A stretch of 7,737 nucleotides of DNA, taken from the NCBI GenBank assembly GCA_051294375.1, contig JBJCIZ010000551.1, forward strand, positions 1 through 7,737, written 5' to 3'. The notes under the pieces are model-generated. The model had not been told where the DNA came from and searched no databases. It worked only from the letters and a program-made list of their open reading frames with translations. The DNA comes from Paraspadella gotoi (Eukaryota > Animalia > Chaetognatha). The translations under genes and the position numbers were made by a program. Positions 1 through 6,722 of this stretch are shown here, piece after piece (position 1 is the first letter of the stretch; the number at the start of each line of letters is the position of its first letter).

Positions 1-259
1 AAAAAAATGAGAAGAGATTTCAGGCAGTTATTGATTAAAAAATAGATTTTATAAATTTGTAATTTCTTTTCGTTATTGTTGTAAGTTGGTAAGTTTTAGA
101 TATCAAGAGTTTTTATTCTTGTTTAAAAAACAAATGTAAAAGTGAATGCAAAAAATCAGGGGGCGGGGTGGGGACATGTTTCCGGCTCTTGATGAAAGCT
201 CTTCATTTATAGCGCGAAGTTTACTTTGTGAAATTTTTTTTTAATTTCTATTGAAGCAA

Positions 260-473
260 ATTCTCCATATTCGAGAACCCCCCCCCACATATTAGCCTTT
301 TGTCTCCGTTCTCAAATAGTGCGAACATCGCCGGCGCTGTCGACCAGACATGAAAACAAGAAAAACAAAAGACACAACGAAAAAGTCTCCCGGCCTACAG
401 ACGCTGCGCAGGGCCCCGCTCAGACGCTGCGACGAGTCCGTCGAAGTGCTGCTGCGCCGGGGATCGCGTCACT
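260..473. repeat. Left inverted terminal repeat (imperfect)
   Basis: 421-473 cagacgctgcgacgagtccgtcgaagtgctgctgcgccggggatcgcgtcact is a near-exact reverse complement of 5342-5395. Similarity continues outward with small indels (gacatgaaaa, gaaaaagtctc, cttttgtctcc, ccccccacat). Confidence 0.92.
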
Positions 474-600
474 TATTTTTTCGCGCTCAATGTGATCAGT
501 TGCTTTCGCTTATTTTAGCATTAATTTTCGATTATTATCGGGACTTTTTCTTCGATATTCTACTTATTCATATCGAATTTTTGTCTTCTCGTTCGTCATT

Positions 601-1025
601 ATGTCTTCACACGACGATCGCAAGAAATCGCGCGATAAATCTCGGGATAGATCGCGCGATCGAAGTTCGACGAAATCTTCTGCTTCGTCCAAGGGTTTGA
701 GGGACCCTGAGTTGCACGTGGGCGCGACTGCGTCNNNNNNNNNNTCGCGCCCCGGTTACGGTGCTTCTCCGCCACCCCCGCCTCCGCCTAGGGCGCTGTC
801 TCCCGTTACCTCGGGTACGGNNNNNNNNNNCGCGCGCGCAGGGGCGCCGCAACCCGGCCCTAGCGGGGTCGGTTCGGGGGGTGGACAGCCAACGCGTAGT
901 CCAGTGAAGAGAGCGCAGTCGGCTGGAGGCCTGGATGCTGTCGCAGATTACTTGAAGGACGCCTTTGACGGGTTTCGCAAGGAGATTCAAGATTCGCTTC
1001 GCCGGGAGAGGGAGGAATTCCGCCG
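601..1025 (+). CDS. gag-like ORF1, putative exon 1 (RS/RD-rich, Pro-rich, charged helical segment)
   Basis: ATG 601 just inside the left ITR, in a GC-rich coding-like block. The unspliced frame stops at TGA 1027-1029, which lies in the donor-like CG|GTGAGC. The gag identity is inferred from position only. Confidence 0.6.
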
Positions 1026-1517
1026 GTGAGCGTTTACGAGTTTTTTCTTCTATTCGAAGTCGTTTGCAAATTATTTTTTATTTTGCCCTCCCATCGAAAT
1101 TTTTGTTTCTCTTTTATTTCTTTCTTTCTTTTTTCACACCTCGCGTTTTTCTCGTTACTGAGGCTAATGTGGGGGGGTTTCGAATAGAGAATCTGTAATT
1201 CTGAATGGAATTATGATTCTTATCGAAACCCCCCACATTCTCCCGCCGGCCGCCCCTTTCGCCTCCGGGTGGGTGTGGTTGCGGGTGTGGTCCGGTTTCG
1301 TTTTTTGTGATGTGCTTGGAAGGAGAAAAAATAATTGTTGGTTTTATTTTTTNNNNNNNNNNNNNNNNNNNNNNGGGGGGGGAGTATTATAAATTTCGTT
1401 TTTAACCTAAAATTTTTTCGTTTTTTGCTTACGTTCANNNNNNNNNNCTTATCGAACGGACGACTTCGCTTCTCGTTTCTCTTCGTCGCTTCTCCTTGCT
1501 CCGTCCTTCGCTTCCAG
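1026..1517 (+). other. Putative GT-AG intron in gag (492 nt) containing the ICR
   Basis: GTGAGC at 1026; abrupt switch to T-rich sequence with in-frame stops; ~50 nt pyrimidine-rich tract ending cttccag at 1517; phase-2 join CG|A keeps the frame. An alternative acceptor could be hidden in the N run at 1438-1447. Confidence 0.55.
1161..1239. repeat. Internal complementary region (ICR): antisense copy of the joined left and right termini
   Basis: 1161-1192 aggctaatgtgggggggtttcgaatagagaat is complementary (with indels) to 260-298. 1190-1239 aatctgtaattctgaatggaattatgattcttatcgaaaccccccacatt is complementary (with indels) to ~5524-5579. The two halves share AAT at 1190-1192. Confidence 0.9.
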
Positions 1518-2421
1518 AGAGCAGTCCCGTTCACGGGCTACTGCCTCGGCCTCATCTAGACGCGTTACGTCGCCTTCGCCGCCACGACGGCACACGGCGT
1601 CGCACTCGGCTCCAGATCCGGACGCTTCCTCCTCGGAAGAGGGAGAGGTGGCGTCCGATTCCGACGTCGATCAGGGTTTCGGCGCTTTTCTGCCCGCCGC
1701 TAAGAGAGCGGCGATTCCGTCGGAGTGGGTCTCGCAGACATGGCGCTCACTTCGCCACATCATGGAGTCCGGCGAGTTGGCGAGAGGTTGGGAGTCTCGC
1801 TCAATTTCCTCTTCTTCGCGTCTTCGCCGTTGGGTGGATCACGCTTCTCCAGCGTCGTTTCTTCCCCCGGATCGCGATGGCTGCTTGATTCCGCAGTTCG
1901 AGGCGGCTTTTGGTGTCAAGAACCCCGTATTTCGCCAGCACGTCCGCGCGATGCAAGATGCGGGTGCAGCGGGTCACGCCATTCTTTTCGTCGCGGACGA
2001 ATTGCGCCTTCTGTCGGAAGCCATCAAGGAAGGCATTTCGGCGGATCAGGTGGTGGAACGCGTTTCGTCGTTGGCCACGCCCCTCCGCGACGCCGCTTCG
2101 TTCCAGGCGGCCACTTTCAACGCGGCGCTGCTGGATATTCGACGTTCGGTTGCGTCGAGGGCGCCGTCCGACCTTCGTGGGACGCTGCAGGACGCCGCGC
2201 CCACCGAGAAGTTTTTCTTCGGGAACCNNNNNNNNNNGGTGTCTTCAGCGGTTAACGCCTCTTTGATCCGCTCCGCTGCTCGCCCTCGCCATTTTGAGGA
2301 TCGTCGGGATCGTTTCAAGGCGAAGAAGACCGATTTTAAGCCGCGGAAGGGCGGCAAGAAGCCCTATTCTTTTAAGAAGTCGGGAAACGGGCAGGGCAGG
2401 GGAGACAAGCCCGCAAAATGA
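1518..2421 (+). CDS. gag-like ORF1, putative exon 2 (Ser-rich/acidic segment, helical core, Lys/Arg-rich C terminus); spliced product 442 aa
   Basis: Frame open from 1411 to TGA 2419-2421, with no ATG before 1762. It includes listed ORF 1648..2421 and ends in the basic tail RRDRFKAKKTDFKPRKGGKKPYSFKK immediately before pol. Confidence 0.65.
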
Positions 2422-4460
2422 CGGGTTTCTCCGACGCCGCAGTCGCCGCCTCGTCCGACTGCAGGAGTCCTTCAGGACCGGATTTCGCCCACGGACTCGA
2501 TTTTGGATCAGCCGGCGCTTCTCCCTCACCTCCCAGTGGGAGGGAGGCTGCGTCACTTCCACTCCTTCTGGAAGGAGCTCGTCGGGGAGGATTCTCCGAT
2601 CCTGACGAACATCTCGGGCTTCAGGATCGCAGGCGCAGAGGCGATCCCTACACGTCTTCCTCGCCCTTCCGACGCGACGCCGTCTTTTGGCGAGAGGGAC
2701 GCCGCGGTCGAGAGGGAGATTTCCGCCGCCTTGGAGAAGGGGGCGATAGAGGAGGTGGAGGCCTCTCCGGGCTTTTACTCGAGGATTTTCCTTGTACCAA
2801 AGAAGGACGGCGGTTGGAGACCGATCCTCAATTTGAAGCGCCTCAACGCCGCCTTCCTTTCGCCTCCGTACTTCCGCATGGAGGGAGTCAACGACATCAG
2901 GAGGATGTTTCGACGGGGGGATTGGGGCGCCTCGATCGATCTTCGCGACGCCTACCTTCACCTTCCGCTGCACGAGGATCACCGGCGTTTTTGTCGTTTC
3001 ATTTGGAAGGGTCGGATCTTCCAGTACAAGGTGCTACCTTTCGGCTTGGCGACGGGCCCGTGGCTCTTCACGAAGACGACGCGCCCCCTCGTCCAGTGGC
3101 TCAGGCNNNNNNNNNNCCGCTGCCTCTTCTACATAGACGACATTCTCATTCTGGGTTCGTCGAAGGAGGAGTGTCGTCAGGCGACGTTGAAGGCGGTCCA
3201 TCTTCTCCGGAACGCAGGGTTCATACTCCACCAGGAGAAGTCGAGCCTAGTTCCGTCTCAGTCCTTCGATTTTCTCGGTTTTCACTGGGACGGGCAGTTT
3301 CACCGGATCTCACTCNNNNNNNNNNAGTTGGAATCGATCCAGAGTTTGGCGTCCTCCCTTCTCGCGATGCACCTTCCTCCGGCCCGTACAGTCCTTCAGT
3401 TTCTCGGGCACGTCACGGCAGCGTCCCTCGCTGTCCCGCTTCTCCGTTGCCGCTCCGCCCGGATTCAGTGGAACGTCAACCGCGTTTATCGCTCCGAAGN
3501 NNNNNNNNNTCGCCCGACGCCGTTGGATGCTTCGGCGCGGGAGGAGCTGGAGTGGTGCCGGTCTCTTCGGTTGGAGGATTGTGTTGCGCCAGTGGACGAT
3601 CTGCTTCCGGAGGACTGCACCCACGTAGTGACAACGGACGCCTCGCAGGAGGGATGGGGCATCCTCTTTCAGGGAGAGCTTCTCCAGGGAACCTGGGGGG
3701 CTGCAGATGCCCTTCACCATATCAATGTGAAGGAGTTCATGNNNNNNNNNNTCTTCCTCTCTCGATTCGGCAGCTCTCTTCACAGCACCAGTCTCCTTTG
3801 GAAGTCCGACAGCCTAGTGTCGCTGCTTTGCCTTCAGCGCACGTGCAGCCGATCTCCGGCGCTCCACGAGGTCGTCAGAGAGTCTCTCATCGCCGCTCAT
3901 TCGCTGGGGATTCGCATCTCCGGAAGTCACCTGACATCGGAGGAGAATTTAGTGACGGACGCGGCGTCAAGAGGACGCCTGGTCGCAGATTGGCATCTCC
4001 TGCCTCGAATATTTCGTCAGATCTGCGAGACCTTCGGGACTCCTTCCATCGACCTCTTCGCGACGAAGGAATCGGCGCAGGTGCGCCGCTTCTTCTCCTG
4101 GAAGGCGGAGGCACCAACGGAGGGCGTGGATGCACTCGCCCAGATTTGGAGTTTCGATCGGGCCTTTCTTTTTCCTCCGCCGCCTCTTCTCCCGAGCGTC
4201 ATCCGGAAACTGGAGGAGGCGTCGGGGATCTTTCTTTTGGTCGCCCCGTTTTGGCCAGCCCAGAAGTGGTTCCCGTCATTGCTGAACCTGAGGATTCGGG
4301 AGGTTCGACGCCTTCCGGCTCCAGAGGACGCCGTCGTCGACCTCAGCACAGGATCCCCGCCGCCGCAAGCCGATCGTCTCAGGCTGACCGTTTGCAGTTT
4401 TCGGCGGGCGAACAACCTCGACGACCTCAGCGACTCAGCTTTCGCCGTCATCGCCGATAG
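2418..4460 (+). CDS. 680-codon ORF overlapping RT/RH/MT in an alternative frame; no recognisable domain
   Basis: ATG overlaps the gag stop (A-TG-A) and the frame is stop-free for 2 kb apart from short N runs. DIRS1 elements characteristically have such a long overlapping ORF, normally continuous with YR. Confidence 0.55.
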   Translation: MTGFSDAAVAASSDCRSPSGPDFAHGLDFGSAGASPSPPSGREAASLPLLLEGARRGGFSDPDEHLGLQDRRRRGDPYTSSSPFRRDAVFWREGRRGREGDFRRLGEGGDRGGGGLSGLLLEDFPCTKEGRRLETDPQFEAPQRRLPFASVLPHGGSQRHQEDVSTGGLGRLDRSSRRLPSPSAARGSPAFLSFHLEGSDLPVQGATFRLGDGPVALHEDDAPPRPVAQXXXXPLPLLHRRHSHSGFVEGGVSSGDVEGGPSSPERRVHTPPGEVEPSSVSVLRFSRFSLGRAVSPDLTXXXXVGIDPEFGVLPSRDAPSSGPYSPSVSRARHGSVPRCPASPLPLRPDSVERQPRLSLRXXXXSPDAVGCFGAGGAGVVPVSSVGGLCCASGRSASGGLHPRSDNGRLAGGMGHPLSGRASPGNLGGCRCPSPYQCEGVHXXXXLPLSIRQLSSQHQSPLEVRQPSVAALPSAHVQPISGAPRGRQRVSHRRSFAGDSHLRKSPDIGGEFSDGRGVKRTPGRRLASPASNISSDLRDLRDSFHRPLRDEGIGAGAPLLLLEGGGTNGGRGCTRPDLEFRSGLSFSSAASSPERHPETGGGVGDLSFGRPVLASPEVVPVIAEPEDSGGSTPSGSRGRRRRPQHRIPAAASRSSQADRLQFSAGEQPRRPQRLSFRRHRR

Positions 4461-5343
4461 TTGGAGAGGATCCACCCGGGATCGCTACGCTCGAGCCTGG
4501 AGCTCCTTCTGTGATTTCCTTCAACGCAAGGAAATTCGAGGACTTGATGCGTCTCTGAAGGAGGTTTTGGAGTACTTGGCCCACCTCGTAGATCTGGGCT
4601 TGTCGTACAGCACTGTGNNNNNNNNNNGCTCAGCGATTTCGGCCACTTTACCACCTCAGGGATCTCTCTCCATTGGGGAGCATCCCCTCGTTCGACGTTT
4701 TCTCAAGGGGACCTTCGAAAGGCGTCCTCCTTCGCGTCGGATGTTTCCTCCGTGGGATGCGGCTTCGGTTCTACGCATCTTGGACGCCGTTGCCCTTCCG
4801 CCGTCTCCTACTCACGTTCTTCGCCGAGCTCTTTTTCTCTTTGCGCTCGCTTCGGCCAGGAGGCCGTCGGAGATTGTTTCGCTTAAGTGCGACCACGCCC
4901 ACCTCTCACTCGCTGCGGACCATGGACGTTTCGTTCCGTCCAAGCTGTCCAAGACAGATCGAATCGGGCATATGGGCCCGGCTTTCAGGGTGGACGCCCT
5001 TCCGGCGTCATCGCGTTGTCNNNNNNNNNNTCTAAAGGAGTGGCTTCAAGTCCGCGTTTCTTTGGCGCCGAATCACGTGTTCCTTTTCTGCGCCCCCTCG
5101 CCGCCCTTTACGCCTCTTTCGCCTCAACGTTTTGCGGCATTACTCAAGGCTCTTTTTTTGGAGGCGGATGTGGACGCTCCGCCGGGTTCTACGCGCGCCA
5201 TGGCAGTCTCGGAANNNNNNNNNNGCGGCGTCGATCTCGGGGTCATCCTCAGAGCCGGAGACTGGTCCGGAGACCAGACCTTCTTCCGGTTTTACTGTAG
5301 GGACGTCTCGTGGGGTGCGCCAGTTGGCGTTTCTCGGGACTAG
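2422..5343 (+). CDS. pol-like frame: reverse transcriptase - RNase H - degenerate adenine-methyltransferase-like domain - tyrosine recombinase (listed ORF 2503..5343; frame open from 2422)
   Basis: RT: VGGRL, FYSRIFLVPKKDGGWRPILNL, SIDLRDAYLH, LPFGL, YIDD (3130-3141), FLGF. RNase H: TTDAS (3631-3645), HINVKE, SDS, NLVTDAASR. MT-like: IDLFAT (4048), VDAL, FPPP (4171), APFWPAQKWF. YR: STRDRYARAW, ARRPSEI (R 4861), SKT (K 4951), GSTR (R 5194), AGDW (W 5263), TFFRFY (Y 5293). Confidence 0.95.
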   Translation, partial: RVSPTPQSPPRPTAGVLQDRISPTDSILDQPALLPHLPVGGRLRHFHSFWKELVGEDSPILTNISGFRIAGAEAIPTRLPRPSDATPSFGERDAAVEREISAALEKGAIEEVEASPGFYSRIFLVPKKDGGWRPILNLKRLNAAFLSPPYFRMEGVNDIRRMFRRGDWGASIDLRDAYLHLPLHEDHRRFCRFIWKGRIFQYKVLPFGLATGPWLFTKTTRPLVQWLRXXXXRCLFYIDDILILGSSKEECRQATLKAVHLLRNAGFILHQEKSSLVPSQSFDFLGFHWDGQFHRISLXXXXLESIQSLASSLLAMHLPPARTVLQFLGHVTAASLAVPLLRCRSARIQWNVNRVYRSEXXXXRPTPLDASAREELEWCRSLRLEDCVAPVDDLLPEDCTHVVTTDASQEGWGILFQGELLQGTWGAADALHHINVKEFMXXXXFLSRFGSSLHSTSLLWKSDSLVSLLCLQRTCSRSPALHEVVRESLIAAHSLGIRISGSHLTSEENLVTDAASRGRLVADWHLLPRIFRQICETFGTPSIDLFATKESAQVRRFFSWKAEAPTEGVDALAQIWSFDRAFLFPPPPLLPSVIRKLEEASGIFLLVAPFWPAQKWFPSLLNLRIREVRRLPAPEDAVVDLSTGSPPPQADRLRLTVCSFRRANNLDDLSDSAFAVIADSWRGSTRDRYARAWSSFCDFLQRKEIRGLDASLKEVLEYLAHLVDLGLSYSTVXXXXSAISATLPPQGSLSIGEHPLVRRFLKGTFERRPPSRRMFPPWDAASVLRILDAVALPPSPTHVLRRALFLFALASARRPSEIVSLKCDHAHLSLAADHGRFVPSKLSKTDRIGHMGPAFRVDALPASSRCXXXXLKEWLQVRVSLAPNHVFLFCAPSPPFTPLSPQRFAALLKALFLEADVDAPPGSTRAMAVSEXXXXGVDLGVILRAGDWSGDQTFFRFYCRDVSWGAPVGVSRD

Positions 5344-5579
5344 TGACGCGTCCCCCGGCGCAGCAGCACTTCGACGGACTCGTCGCCAGCGTCTGGGCGG
5401 GCCCTGCGGGCAGCGCTGAGGGCCGCGAGACTTTTTCCGTTTGGCTTTTTGTTTTTCTGTTTTTCATGTCTCGGTCACAGGCGCGGTGTCTCCCTTTTGT
5501 GGGAGACAAAAGCTAATGTGGCTAATGTGGGGGGGCGGGTTCGATAAGAATCATGAATTCCGATTCAGATTAACAGATT
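5342..5579. repeat. Right inverted terminal repeat plus ~28 nt right-end extension (~5552-5579) absent from the left ITR
   Basis: Reverse complement of 260-473 up to about 5551. The final segment catgaattccgattcagattaacagatt matches only the ICR (~1190-1215). The repeat starts within the pol/YR stop codon TAG (5341-5343). Confidence 0.9.
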
Positions 5580-5959
5580 ACTAGGGTATAGAGCATATTA
5601 GAAATTTTTGTCCATTGAAAGTATTCTCTAAATGTCGTTTGACTCACCCCTTGAGTGCGGCTACCCCTATTATAAAATTGATTCACTACAATGAATAATT
5701 GATCTCGAAATTAGAGCGTTTAATGAATTCATGCTCCTCCGCGCATTCGACTGATAATGAGTCCGAATTCGACTTTCGACCACCTAAATCAGTCGCTGCG
5801 ATTTCGACCGTTTGCGAGTCGAAAAGTGGTCGAATAACTGCTCTGACTATACCTCAGAGAGGAGGAGGAGAGAAGAGGAGGAGGAGGAAGAAGACTAGGG
5901 GAAATTGAGTTTGATATCGAGAATAAATCAGTTTTAAAATCAAAGATCCAAAGATAGTT

Positions 5960-6075
5960 TGAATAGTCTTTTTTGATAGTAAATAATAATATAGTAATCT
6001 CTTAAGAAAATAATAATAATTTCTTTTAATAATAGTAAAATATTAATAGTAATAATTATAATAATCTCTTTTAAG
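5960..6075. repeat. AT-rich low-complexity tract with (AAT)n-like content
   Basis: Repeated aataataat/aatagtaat motifs, and taatctctt(tt)aagaaaa occurs twice (~5996, ~6062). Confidence 0.55.
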
Positions 6076-6424
6076 AAAACCAGAGCGATCCATTTATCCC
6101 TTCCCCTCCCTCTGTGCACAGTGTTCCAGAACATGGCTGCTTCGTGATCGCTCCAGCCTCGGCGCCTCTCTTCCTCTTCCTTTCCTTCTCCTTCATCCGC
6201 CTCCACGCTCGACTCCCGTTACGTCGACGCCGTCTCTTCGCCGGAGAAGAAGGGAGGAGGAGAGAGGAAGTAGGGGAAGAGATGAGGGAGAGACGCGAGG
6301 AAAGAGGGAAAGTGGCGAGGAGACTCGCGTAGCCTACTCCTTCTCTTTCTCCGACTTTTCGATCGTCGATCATCGACTTCGCCTTTTCTTCGATTTGATC
6401 TTTTCGGGACGAAGAAGATTTCGT

Positions 6425-6722
6425 GTCTGTGTTGAGAGCGGACGTTGTGAAGAATGGAGAAGTGGGGGGAAAGGAGGTGAGCAAGGGAGAAGGTTGGGGA
6501 GATGAGAAGGAGGGCGATGTCTGTTTGAGACGGACGTTGTGAAGAATGTGGAGAATGGGGAGGAAAGGGAGGTGAAGCAAAGGGAGAAGGGTTGGGAGAG
6601 GAGAGAGGGAGGGAGGGAGAAATCTGTGTTGAGAGCGGACGTGTGAAGAATGGAGAATGTGGAGGAAAGGAGGTGAGCAAAGGGAGAGGTGAGGACCGTC
6701 TGTGTTGAGAGGCGAACGTTGT
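6425..6722. repeat. Degenerate purine-rich tandem repeat, about 3 units plus a partial, 75-105 bp period
   Basis: Core tctgtgttgagagcggacgttgtgaagaatggagaa recurs at ~6426, 6520, 6623 and 6699 (partial). The full units are followed by gaaaggaggtgagcaa(a)gggaga variants. Confidence 0.8.

Larger units (their letters stand above)
260..5579 (+). mobile_element. DIRS1-like tyrosine-recombinase retrotransposon, apparently full length (~5.3 kb)
   Basis: RT, RNase H, MT-like and YR motifs in 2503-5343; inverted terminal repeats at 260-473 and 5342-5579; internal region 1161-1239 complementary to both termini; ATT at both ends (260-262, 5577-5579); GC-rich interior versus AT-rich flanks. ITR + ICR + YR with no integrase or protease defines the DIRS1 group. 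Confidence 0.95.

Noticed and set aside
159-173. G-rich GC-box or G-quadruplex-like motif upstream of the element
   Set aside because: Only three G runs, outside the element, with no supporting context.
350-700. 116-aa ORF, and its mirror 5249..5509 on the minus strand
   Set aside because: They start inside the ITRs, run through biased non-coding sequence, and are not frame-conserved between the two repeats.
1431-1438. Acceptor at ttca[g] 1437-1438 as the gag intron end
   Set aside because: The G is masked by N and the join to the 1025 donor would be out of frame. The 1517 acceptor is preferred.
4400-5343. Prophage or integron integrase, retron or DGR interpretation of RT plus recombinase
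   Set aside because: The RT is LTR/DIRS-type with RNase H, and the ITR/ICR structure fully fits DIRS1.
1496-5419. Short alternative-frame and minus-strand ORFs (e.g. 1725..2255, 2245..2982, 3310..3783, 4017..4475, 4887..5300)
   Set aside because: Shadow ORFs expected in GC-rich coding DNA; no motifs.
5643-5855. Possible minus-strand host exon (ctcac donor-like site) and ttcgac/gtcgaa short inverted motifs
   Set aside because: All three minus frames hit stops within 5661-5713, and the inverted match is only ~9 bp.
6425-6722. CRISPR-like repeat-spacer array
   Set aside because: The spacers are related to each other and low-complexity, the repeats are degenerate, and there is no cas gene.
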